A stretch of DNA of 64,000 nt, taken from NCBI GenBank assembly GCA_043228905.1, contig JBHGNT010000003.1, positions 18,104,001 to 18,168,000 on the forward strand. The letters are read 5' to 3'. Made by a program: the position numbers and the translations under genes. Shown here piece by piece: positions 35,627 to 46,832 of this stretch (the stretch's first letter is position 1; every line of letters starts with the position of its first letter). This DNA comes from Azolla caroliniana (Eukaryota > Plantae > Polypodiophyta). A model generated the notes under the pieces. It saw only the letters and a program-made list of their open reading frames with translations, was not told where the DNA came from and ran no database searches.

Positions 35627-38600
35627 TTGTGTGGTGTTGGCGGTCGCAGCGGCAAGAGGGTGGCATCTTCACCAGATGGATGTGAAGAATGCATTTCTTC
35701 AAGGAGATCTAGAAGAAGAGGTCTTTATGATACAACCCTCCGGTTTCTAGACAGAGATGAACAAGTCAGTGGTATGTTGGCTGAAGAAGTCACTTTATGG
35801 CCTGAAGCAAGCCCCCCGAGCTTGGAATGCGAAGATCACGCACCGGTTGCGTAAGATGGGGTTTGCGGCCTCCAAGTCCAACTCTTCGTTGTTCATCCGG
35901 CAAGGTCCAGATGGTCTGGTTTGCATCTTGTTGTACGTTGATGATCTAGTCATCACCGGACCCGGACTCGATGAAATCAGCCGAGTCAAGTCCCATTTGT
36001 CGGATGTGTTTGAGATGAAGGACTTGGGGGACCTTCATTATTTTCTTGGGATCGAGGTGATCCGAACCCCTGATGGCATATTGCTCTCACAAAGGCACTA
36101 TGTGTTGAATATGTTGTACAAATTCGGCATGACAGAATGACGACCTATCTCTACTCCCCTGGACCGGAACCAGAAGCTCCGTCCCAATTCCGGACCGGCC
36201 TGCGATGAGAAACGGTTCCGACAAATTGTCGGAAGCCTTATATATTTGACCATCACCCGACCCGACATCAGCTATCTGGTTGGTGTGATTAGCCAATTCA
36301 TGTAGAAGCCGACCATGGAGCATCTTCAGTGCGCGCACCAAATACTACGGTATGTGAGCGGCACGAAGGACCGGGGACTGTTATACTGGCGCGATATAAC
36401 CGAAGAGTTGGTCGACTACACAGATGTCAACTGGGCCGGCGATGCATCAGATCGCCGATCAACCTCCGGTTACATGTTTTCCCTAGGTAGCGCGGTTGTT
36501 GCGTGTAGCAGCAAAAAGCAGCCAACAGTTGCCCTATCGAGCACTGAGGCTGAGTATCGGGGCGCTACCATTGCCACCTGTGAAGCCATTTGGCTTTGGC
36601 GTCTGCTACAAGACCTACGGATCAAGGTACTGACCCCGATTCTGATCTACTACGACAACATAAGCAGCATGCAGCTCGCCAAGAACCCTGTATTCCATGC
36701 TCACACAAAGCACATAGAAGTGCACTATCACTTCGTGCGTGAGTGTCCTGAGCGGTGAGGTCAAACTTCGGTATGTTCACACGGATCGACAAGTTGCCGA
36801 CATCTTCACCAAACCACTCGGATCGGACAAGTTGCAGCACTTCACCGAAATGCTTGGTGTTCAGCATCTCGACGTGCCACACTTGAGGGGGAGAATGGGC
36901 AAAGACACCAGAATGGGCAAAGGCAAAGAGACTGCCGATTGCGCCGGTGAGGGAAGAACCGACGAAGGGAGAGTCAAGAAGAAGAAAGGAGCCGAGTCGA
37001 CAAAGGAAGTCGACACGTCCGAACAAGTCGGAACAAGCGACATCGGCGGCAGAGTCAAGAAGGACAGAGCCGACCAGAAGAAGAAGGCCAACACCCGGAC
37101 ATGGTCCGATGTGGTGAAGGGCCTGGAACAAGAAGACGAATCGGGAGCAACCGATTCGGACAAGAGCTGGAACGAATCAGAGACAATCGATTCGGTTCAA
37201 CAGATAGATTCAGAAGAACCGATTCAATTCAAGGCGAAGAGGACGAGAAGGCACTGAAAGTCGACGCCAACACAAAGGAATCGGCGAACCAGCACGCGCC
37301 GAAGTCACAGCAGCGAGGGAGTTAAATTGGGCTTGTTGAGCAGACAAGTCGACCGAGGAGGTCAAGGTGTGCAGAACAAGGGGGGTCGCGGCAAACAGAA
37401 CCGGACTGGACGAGGAGCGCGAGCAAGGCGGAGTGACGCTAGAAGGAGCCGGGCAGAAGGACCGGTTGCCACAGACGTTGACACTACGACCGGACCTCAA
37501 GTTGAGCTTGAGGGGGAGTGTTGAGCGGCAAACTCAATTGGAGCTGGATCGGCTGGATAAGCCTGAGCCGGTGAGCACCCGGTGAGCAAAAGAGCCGGTG
37601 AGTTGGGGAGCCGGTTAGCCGGATCCATCAGTAACCGGAAGCCTAGTAGCAGCTAGACTACTAGGGATTTATTACTCTCGTAGTTAGTGTCAAACGCTCG
37701 AGTGAGCATTGAAGTACACCGTACTTCTGTCAGTCCGTATGGACCTGTATAAAAGTGTTCGCTGAACGCATACGATGTACAGAGCATTGATATAGTTTTT
37801 TGAATAGAGATTCTTGTTCTCTCTCTCTGTCTCTCCCGCGTATTGTTAAGCTCTCCATTAAACCTGTTCTCTGTTTTCTGTTTTTATTGCTTCCGCACGC
37901 TATTTGTTTTTATAGGATGGCATATGCCTCTCAATAATCATCCAAAGTTTGAGTAAATGTTTACATTTACTTGTAAGGTCTTGGCAATCACAATATGAGC
38001 ATTGTTGCGAGAAATTGTACCATAGAGTAGGAGTTGTCATGCCCAACATTTAAAACCAATATTAGGCCTCATCCACAATATGACTTTGTTATGAATCACA
38101 TACCTTTCGAGTATCCTCTCGGCCTCTTTAAGTCTTGACCTTTGACCCCTACAATTTGCACGAGGCTTAAATCTACCACTCCCACATATTTCTTGTTATT
38201 ACATGTACCATTCTACGACGATCACTCCCATGCAAGTGTCGGTGTCATTGTCCCCGATTAAGACATGCACAAGATCGGTAATAGATCAGTTTATTCTTCC
38301 TTTGTGGCCTTAAGAAACTACCAATGTCTCTCCACGATATTGGTAGTATCAACATGTCCATAGTTGAATAATCTACCAAACTTGGGCCATAGATTCCTCC
38401 AAACACAAGCTGTGCCACATCATCCTCCTATATATTGTCACACATTGGGTTTGTCTACATATTCTACCTTTAACTCCTCACACATAGCATTGAAGGCAGT
38501 TTCTGTAATGCAATGCATGAGTAATTGCCACATCCATTGACAGAGGTGGTTTCTTTCAACAACAGTTACTTTGGGCAACAAGTTGTCCACCCATGATTTT

Positions 38601-40387
38601 TTAGCGTGGAATTGACACAACAAAAGGCAACCGTGAGTTTGTGAGCATTTCCCATTTGCAACAATCCAAGATTTACGATCTTGAGCAACCGCGCTAGATA
38701 TGGCGTTAATGATGTCCAACATTTATCAACATCTGACAATGCACTTCCGATAACATATTTGTCATATTATGAACTCCCTTTGGTATCATAAGGAATCTAT
38801 AACTAACATTCTAATGGACTAGCCTTGGACTTGTGATATGCTTCTTTCCACATGCTCATCCATGCAACATGCCTTGCATGCACAATATCAAATAGGTCAT
38901 CTTTGCAACACCTTATGACATTTGGGTGCGCCGTCAAATGGCACACATTGGGTCTACTTCCTAGAACATGACCACTATGAGGTCCATATATTGAAATGGT
39001 CATGGTTCCATTGTTGATCCCATCAGTCAAACTAAGGTCAACATGGAAACAACATATGTACTAGCAATCCCATGATCACAAAGATCAATCGCTCAATGTT
39101 TCTTTAACTTTTTAAGTGTTTGTGACAAGGGTGTTGGGATGCCACCCCCCCCCCCCCATGTGACAACAATACTATCTCCCTCCATTTTTCTACGTAATTT
39201 ACTTGAAGATTATGTGATGCCTTAAGGTAGATTCCACTATGATGTCCTAGCATGAGTCGACCCTTCATGCATCTCCATGCATTAAGATTGAGAGGTGCAC
39301 CCCTTGCGACATCTTTTAATGTTTCAATCGCAACCTTAACTAGTCCCAATAAATCTTTAAGCATCAAATCATATGTATCTCTTGTGAACGCAAAATACCT
39401 TGGGGAAAAATACATGAAGGGATCCACTACCTCATCCTCCCATTCAGATGTAGAGGACTTGTTGTCCTACTCAGATGTAAATGATGTTGTGGAATATGAT
39501 GACATTTCTACCAATTTGTCTTCCGACATTGCAAATATGAAATCAACATCTCTTGTCATGATCACAACGTGCAATTAGCAAGTAGGATGTTTGAGTGATA
39601 CAAGTGATTATTCTCTATGATAGCAAGTGATTATTCTCTGTGTAATGCTTGTCATTTTCTAAAAGCCAACTTACCACAATATTATACCAGGAGCTAGTAT
39701 CCCCAAACTCATAGAGTGATCGAGATGCCTCAAAAGCTTGCCGAGGTAACTTATCTTGGAATTGGTCATGTATCATATTAATAAAAACTACCAGTTGAAA
39801 AAGTGTTTCTACTACCACATGGGGTAAAGTGAACTCTATTCTAATGATTTCATGTGGCATTGTTGGTTTGCTTCGGATTTGTTGTGATAACGTCGTGATC
39901 AATGGGCTCTCTAATTGCAACCACATGAAAGGTGGTATCCCCAGAGCTCAAAATATCATTGCATAAGGGGTCACCAATGAATCAAAGAGCTACCCCTTTG
40001 CTCGTGGATCTTGAAAGCATAGTACGTAAAATTCGTGTTCGTTTAGCATAACATTCAAATGTGAATGTTATTCAAACATTCTTGTGTGTTTTTTTAGTTT
40101 TTTCCCATTTTTTTAATGTTTTTTTTTGTTTTTTTTCATTTTTAGGCTTATTTATCTCTTAATAAATAGTTAATCCAAGAGTATGGTATTTAGCATTCTT
40201 TGAGGGTGTTTTTCTTACGCAAATGATTAAATCATTCACGAATGTGAATGCACGTATGGTGTGTATGGTTCATACTCTACTTGAAAGTATGCATGGTCTT
40301 ATTGTCTCTCTAAGAGTGTGAAGGATGAATATCCTATTGTTGGTCTATCTTTTGTTGCATGTGTCATCAAAACTTTACTTGAGCGAG

Positions 40388-40650
40388 CACTAAAAGTGAC
40401 TCCAATAGATACATATGATCCGCTAGGTTGCATTTAGTCCTAACCTGAGTAGAGGTGTGGAAGATAAGGAATTTAGTTTTCCCAAGATTCACTATTAGTC
40501 CTCTTTGTGTACAAAAGTACACTAAAAGTGACTCCAAGATATACATATGATCCGTTAGGTTGCATTTAGTCCTAACCTAAGTAGAGGTGTGGAAGATAAG
40601 GAATTTAGTTTTCCCAAGATTCACTATCAGTCCTCTTCGTGTACAAAAGT
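40388..40650. repeat. Tandem duplication 2 x 132 bp
   Basis: CACTAAAAGTGACTCCAA.. at 40388 and 40520. Confidence 0.92.
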
Positions 40651-40659
40651 CATCTACAG

Positions 40660-41630
40660 CACTAAGGTGCCTTTGTAGGTTGTGTTCAAACAAAGAAAGT
40701 AATCTCATCAACCTACATCTAGCAATAGGCCTGGTTTCAGCTTAAACAGAACCGAACCGTTAAACCATGGTTTAAAGGTTTATAAGTTCCAAAATAATTA
40801 AATGGTTTGGTTTGGTTTTAATTAATAATAAACGGTTCGGTTTCAGTTCGATTTGCTTTTGAAACTAGGGTTTATAGGTTTTTGGGCTATCTTTTTTTAT
40901 CCATTAAATGTTTATGTAATTTAATGGTTTAATTAATGTTTTTCATTGGTTTAATTCACTTAACTTAATTGTTTATTTAATCTAATGGCTCAATTAATCT
41001 TATTTATTTATTTAAACATAAATGCTTATTTAATTTTGTGTATTTTTATTGAATTAATTTTTTAATTAGCTTAGCTTAAATGTGGTTAGGTTTAAACTTT
41101 TTATTAAATGGTTCGGTTTAGTTTTAACTTTTCTCTAAACGGTTTTGGTTTAAATGGTTTAGTTTAAATGTTTGAATGTTCATAAACGGTTTGGTTTGGT
41201 TTTTGTTTTATATAAAGGGTTTGGTTTGGTTTGAAGGCACTGAAACTGAACCGGGCCCATTGCTACCTACATCCCAAAAAGAGTCAACGATAGGGGACAA
41301 CCTTGTCTTACAATGATGGTGTTAGTGAAGCAATTAGATAGGCCACCAAGACATTGTATGCATCCAAAGACTTGCTCATGTAAGGCATAGATGGCCCAAA
41401 TCATGTCATATGGTATTTCCAAGCATTTAAGCCTATCAAACAACCGCTCTTTAGGGACTGTGCCAAACAATAGTATAATTTCCACTACGACCCTTGGCAT
41501 GATTAATTAAGCATCTACGTGTAAAGATATCATCAACATTAGAAAAGGCTCGTTTAAAGCCAACATGTTCGAGCTCAAAGACTTAATGTCTCTATATAAT
41601 CATTGATATTTGCTTCCATTATTGTTAACG
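40660..41630 (-). pseudogene. LINE reverse transcriptase fragment interrupted by the hAT MITE
   Basis: TVPKERLFDRL..VRQGCPLSLTLFGM continues as *VDEI beyond the MITE (LINE RT QGCPLSP.LF..Y.D motif). Limits approximate. Confidence 0.75.
40720..41265. mobile_element. Non-autonomous hAT element/MITE (546 bp)
   Basis: TIRs TAGCAATAGGCCTGGTT / AACCGGGCCCATTGCTA; perfect 8-bp TSD CCTACATC (40712-40719, 41266-41273); AACCG/CGGTT subterminal motifs; AT-rich core. Confidence 0.92.
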
Positions 41631-41636
41631 AGCATT

Positions 41637-41674
<38 letters not shown>

Positions 41675-43610
41675 GCACAAGAGAAGTCAACCTTGTTAGT
41701 TAAAGATGATGAATGCATATTTAGATTATTTGTGATGAATTACTTTCTCTACCAAGTGGAAGGTACTTATATTATATTTCCTTGAGATGATTAAAGGTAA
41801 GAGATTTCTATTGTTGTTGCCAATGGTTTACAAACAATGAAACTACAAACTAACATATCATTCCATCTTAACAATTCGGAGCAACCAATATAAAAATATA
41901 GCATCCAAAGAGTAAATCCATGATTGCACCAATCTCTATAAGCAACTCGTACATAAGTAAGAAGCATACATGAATAGAGTTAGTCGGAGAAGATGCATCA
42001 AACTACACATAAATTTTCGTCGAATGTTTAATATATGTTAATGATCGTATATGGGGTCAATGTTCGATTTGATTATGAAACATGTGAATGCTTGCACATA
42101 GTTGTCTCTTTCCCTCAAACTATTTTACTCATTAAAATGGGCAGAAATTTCTTTGGGGGAATATGTAGTTTATTAAATCAGGAGGCACTAAAGATGGTTT
42201 TCGTGAAGTCACGCTTTTGGCCCAAATTGGTGTACTTTCTTTCCTCTCCTTGGCTCGTGGGTAATTGTAAATACGTGGTTAACCACGACTAATAAGTTAT
42301 AACACAAGAATAATCATAGACACATGATGACTCTAATCATTTCAAAGTTTCATATTAATCATGTTACTAGTCATATATTTTCCCTTATATAATTAGGTCA
42401 TATTTGAACTTGGAACTAATATTAAGTGATAAATCATTGATATACTAGAAATGGGAAAGGCAATATTGCCCTTAGTGAAAGGGGTATATAAATATTTTCA
42501 AAACACTCAATGATACCTTTAAAACATGAACAAGTCAAAGGCAAACAACGGTCATGACTTTACCCTTAATTTTCGTTGGTCACATGATTACACATGGACC
42601 ACATTGAGTGTCCTTCTTGTTCCTCTCATCCTCACAAAGAGATTGAAAACATTCTCATCTTCTCTTCAACCCTGCAAGTAATGTTGGTACCAAGTAGGTA
42701 GGTATAGAATAGGTAGCCTTGGCAAGGTAGGGATTGGAATCAAAGTGCAAACTCATGGCTACTCTAGGCAAGGCAGAACAAGAGTTCAAGGAATGGAAAT
42801 GTATTCATGGCAAGACAAGGGTACAAGGAAATGCATTTAAGGCGAGACAATGGCACAAGGAAAGGAGATATGTTCAATAATTGGCATTGATATACATATT
42901 GGAGGATAATCCTCTCCAGGAGCTCCTTTTACACAAGTTTATTACTTTTCCCATTGTGTACAAGAACCTTCTACTATCTCCAATAACTAGAATAAAATTC
43001 CACATCCTTCTAGGGCCTTCCAAACATTCTACAATGTGTGTTGTTGCTCAGCTGGTTACAATTGTTGCTTGTATGAGCTGAAGGTCATGGGTTAAAGCCC
43101 TGTATTTTTTCCATGAGACTTCATGTTGACCCTCGAAAAGCTTTTCAAACACCACATCTTGTGTTTCTAAAAGCACACCGCCCCCACTTGGCACATATAT
43201 TGACTAGAGTGTTGCCAATGATAAGATCGGCATCCAAACCACTTTTCCCAATACCATATCAATGAAGGGATGCACAACAAGGTCCAAGTTTGTTCCCTCA
43301 ATAACAAGGATCGCATGTGTCTTGAGCTTTTGTTTTGTTTTTGTATTGAGTCTTAGACTTCCACCACAAGCTCTCAATATGAATGAAAGCGGTATACCAT
43401 TCAGAGGATTGCAACAATGTGAAAAGAGCTGGGCAGCCTGCTCATATTGAGCAGTAACAGAAGTCTATGAGACATCATCTTGAATACATATGACTTTAAG
43501 AAATATGTATCAAACAAGGGTGCTTATTACATTCTCACCTTTGCAAATGCCTCTTTTCAGTATTAGTAAATTGCAACCAAATTATATGGATTGAAATATA
43601 ACCAATTGTC

Positions 43611-46600
43611 TCAACCCACATATTTTCGCTTTTTACTGGTGTTTTCAAGCCTCTTAGCTTCAACCTTTTTGGCATCCTCTGCCATGCCAGCAGCTATATA
43701 AATATTAGCCATAAGAGCATAAGCAGAAGCACAGTCATTATCTATGTGGGTTGCTTGCTCAAATGCTAATCGCCCAAGTTTCACGTTTCCCCATTTCTTA
43801 CAGGCACCTAGCAGTCCAAGCCAAACCGGAAGATAATCGTGTGATGGTGTCATCACCTTGATAATTGACATTGCTTTGTCGAAGAGCCCTCCACATCCAA
43901 ACACCGTCACCATGCACATATGATGTTCTACATTGGGTGTTATCCCGAATTCTTGGCTCATATTCTCATAATATATTTGAGCCTCATCCAGTAACCCCGA
44001 CTGACAACATGCATTCAAAAGACATAGAAGGGTGATTGCATCTGGAGAAACACCATCGAGTTGCATTTGTTCAAAAGTTGTTAATGCTTCATGTCCGAGT
44101 CTTTGCTGAGCATACCCAGCAATCAACGAAGACCATGTGATCGCATTCCGTACTGGGAGCTCTTCAAGAACTTGCTTTGCTTTTGCAAGAGCACCACACT
44201 TTGCATACATATCTACCAAAGCATTTCCAACGGAAATATCACCTCGCAGGAAGCTGTTATTGAGGATATAATCATGGATTTCTTTGCCTTTCTCAATAGC
44301 TCCTATGCTGCCACAGACTTTCAAGATTGAAATGAAGGTAATCAAATTGGGTGAGAGACCCTCAACTTGCATCCATTCAAAATAGTATAATGCTTCGTTA
44401 CCTCTCCCCTGTTGGGCATACCCTGCAATCAATGCAGACCAAGAGACTATATCGTGAGAACACAAAGTATCATGCATTTGTTGTGCCTTTTGAAGCATAT
44501 CACACTTTGCATACATGTCGATTAGAGCTGTGCCGAGCACAACATCTTTCTCCAACAAACCCTTGATGACAATCTGGTTGTGAATTTGTTCGCCAATTCT
44601 AATGGATCCTACATTGCTACATGCCTTCAAGATGCAAATAAAGGTGGTCGCATCCGGACAGAAACCCTCATTTTGCATTTGTTCAAAGCAGTTCATTGCT
44701 TCATGGCTTTGCCCATGCTCAGCATATCCTGAAATTAGTGCATTCCAAGACACCACATCTCGAACACAAAGCTCATCATGCACTTCGTGTGCTTTTACAA
44801 GAGAACCACATTTGGCATACATATCCACCAAAGCAGTGCCAATCACGGTATCTTTCTTCAATAACCCTTTACTAAAAATTAGGTCATGTATTTGTTCACC
44901 CTTGTTGACAGCTCTTATACTTCCACAAGCCTTCAAGATGCAAATGAATGTAATCATATTTGGAGAAATACCCTCACATTGCATTTGTTCAAAACAATTC
45001 AGTGCTTCGTGACCTTGCTCTTGTTCAGCATACCCTGCAATTATTGCAGACCAAGATACTACATCTCGTAGTGGAATCTCTTCAAGCACACAATGTGCTT
45101 CTGTAAGCAGACCGCATTTGGCATACATATCCACCAAAGCATTTCCAACGACAATATCTTTCTGAAACAAGCTTCTATGGATAATCTCAATATGAATTTG
45201 TTTGCCCTCATTGATAGCTCTGGCACTCGCACAAGCTTTCAAGATGCCAGCATATGTGGCAGCATTCGGAGAAATTTCTTCATCCTCCATCCTTTCAAGA
45301 CAATTCATTGCTTCATGAAATTTCCCTTGTTGTGCATACCCTGCAATTAATATAGTCCAAGAGACTACATCTCGAGCTGGAAGCTCTTCAAACACTTGTT
45401 TTGCTTTGGCAAGATAACCACATTTAGCATACATATCCACCAAGGAATTTCCTAGTACAACATCATTTCCCAACATGGCCCTACTCACAATCTCATCATG
45501 AATCTGTTTCCCCTTATCAATTGCCCCTATGCTGCCACATGCCTTCAAAATATAGGCAAAGGTAACTGCATTTGGATCCACATTCTCCCCTTGCATTGAT
45601 TCAAAACAATTCAATGCTTCATAATCTTGTCCTTGTTGGACATAGCCGGCAATCAATGTAGACCACGAGACTACATCTCGAATCTGTAGATGATCGTGCA
45701 CTTGATGTGCTTCTATTAGCCTATAACATCTCGCATACATATCCATCAAAGAATTCCCAAGCGTGGGGTTTACATTCATCAAACCCTTGCTAACAATCTC
45801 ATTGTGAATTTGTTTGCCTATGTCAACAGCACCTATGGTGCCACATGCCTTTAAGATGGAAATGAAGGTGACTACATCTGGAGAGAGACCCTCACTTTGC
45901 ATTTGCTCAAGGCAATTGAATGCTTCATGGCCATGACCACAGTAAGTATACCCTGCAATTAATGCATTCCAAGTGATCACATTTCGAATCGGAATCTCCC
46001 GGAGAACTTCTCGTGCTTTTGCAAATACGCCACATTTGGCATACATATCAACCAAGGCGGTGGCTAGCATGATATCTCTTTCTAAAAATCCCCTACTAGC
46101 AATCTCATCATGGATTTGTTTACCCTTGGCAATATCTCCACAAGAACTGCAAGCTTTCAAAGCAAAAGTAAAAGTGATGGGATTAGGCGAAACACCATCA
46201 CTTTTCATTTCTTCAAAGCATTTCAATGCTTCATGACCTTGATCTTGTTGGGCATATCCAGCAATTAACGCAGTCCATGATACAACATCTCGAACACAAA
46301 GCTTTCCATGCATTAACTCTGCTTTGCTAACCATCCCACACTTAGCATACATATCCACCAATGAAGTGCCAAGAGCCACATTTCTTGCTAGCAAACCTTT
46401 CTCAACAATCTCATCATGAATTTTCTCACCTCTATCAATAGCTCCAATGCTTCCACAAGCCTTCAGAACACAAAGAAAAGTCACAACGTTTGGAAGAAAC
46501 CCCTCTTTTCTCATTTGTGAGAAACATACTAATGCTTCATGGCCCAGACCTTGTTGGGCATACCCTGAAATCAAAGCATTCCAACATACAACATTTCTAT

Positions 46601-46832
46601 AGGGAAGATGATCAAGTACTGCTTGTGCTTTGGCAATCCTACCACATTTTGCATACATACTGATCAAAGTGCAAGCTAAGTAAGGACTCTTCTCGAGTAA
46701 CCCTTTCTTCTTGAGGATATCACCATGCAACTTAGTTCCTTCGTATAGATTCTTCTTCTTGGCACATGCTTTGAGTAAAGCCACAAACTTAAAATCTTCC
46801 TTGATATGGTTGATCTCATTGCAGCCATCCAT
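43611..46832 (-). CDS. PLS-class pentatricopeptide repeat protein with C-terminal E motifs, no DYW (1073 aa)
   Basis: Nine ~102-aa P-L-S periods (LVDMYAKCG / VVSWxALIAGY / TFxCILKAC), then HHMCMV, VWLGLLGACKKWGNV, AYALMANIY. A 5' exon cannot be excluded. Confidence 0.92.
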   Translation of the reverse strand: MDGCNEINHIKEDFKFVALLKACAKKKNLYEGTKLHGDILKKKGLLEKSPYLACTLISMYAKCGRIAKAQAVLDHLPYRNVVCWNALISGYAQQGLGHEALVCFSQMRKEGFLPNVVTFLCVLKACGSIGAIDRGEKIHDEIVEKGLLARNVALGTSLVDMYAKCGMVSKAELMHGKLCVRDVVSWTALIAGYAQQDQGHEALKCFEEMKSDGVSPNPITFTFALKACSSCGDIAKGKQIHDEIASRGFLERDIMLATALVDMYAKCGVFAKAREVLREIPIRNVITWNALIAGYTYCGHGHEAFNCLEQMQSEGLSPDVVTFISILKACGTIGAVDIGKQIHNEIVSKGLMNVNPTLGNSLMDMYARCYRLIEAHQVHDHLQIRDVVSWSTLIAGYVQQGQDYEALNCFESMQGENVDPNAVTFAYILKACGSIGAIDKGKQIHDEIVSRAMLGNDVVLGNSLVDMYAKCGYLAKAKQVFEELPARDVVSWTILIAGYAQQGKFHEAMNCLERMEDEEISPNAATYAGILKACASARAINEGKQIHIEIIHRSLFQKDIVVGNALVDMYAKCGLLTEAHCVLEEIPLRDVVSWSAIIAGYAEQEQGHEALNCFEQMQCEGISPNMITFICILKACGSIRAVNKGEQIHDLIFSKGLLKKDTVIGTALVDMYAKCGSLVKAHEVHDELCVRDVVSWNALISGYAEHGQSHEAMNCFEQMQNEGFCPDATTFICILKACSNVGSIRIGEQIHNQIVIKGLLEKDVVLGTALIDMYAKCDMLQKAQQMHDTLCSHDIVSWSALIAGYAQQGRGNEALYYFEWMQVEGLSPNLITFISILKVCGSIGAIEKGKEIHDYILNNSFLRGDISVGNALVDMYAKCGALAKAKQVLEELPVRNAITWSSLIAGYAQQRLGHEALTTFEQMQLDGVSPDAITLLCLLNACCQSGLLDEAQIYYENMSQEFGITPNVEHHMCMVTVFGCGGLFDKAMSIIKVMTPSHDYLPVWLGLLGACKKWGNVKLGRLAFEQATHIDNDCASAYALMANIYIAAGMAEDAKKVEAKRLENTSKKRKYVG

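Larger units (their letters stand above)
27618..37524 (+). pseudogene. Copia B gag-pol, multiply disrupted and split in RT by element C
   Basis: Fragmented ORFs 27618-27968, 28059-28850, 28875-29189, 29373-30320, 35757-36140, 36315-36758, 36739-37257 and 37327-37524 are colinear with A. Confidence 0.92.
27113..37914 (+). mobile_element. Full-length Ty1/Copia element B (relative of A): LTRs 27113-27514 and 37519-37914, PBS 27515-27526, TSD GGATG; carries nested element C
   Basis: GGATG at 27108-27112 and 37915-37919. The LTRs differ by about 16 substitutions plus one indel. Gag MDRGMASSL..KLD.TNYASWSYKM is as in A. Confidence 0.96.
26400..39930 (-). pseudogene. Mutator-like (MULE) transposase/SWIM gene relic, split by Copia B (pieces ~26400-27107 and 37920-39930)
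   Basis: CLLLCQFHAKKSW (MULE CxxH motif, ORF 38438-38722) and SWIM-type YCDCQDLTSKCKH read on the minus strand at ~37958-38000. The outer limits and the assignment of the left piece are approximate. Confidence 0.6.

Noticed and set aside
44091-46236. Plus-strand ORFs within the PPR genes (also 61284-62981)
   Set aside because: Antisense shadows of PPR coding sequence.
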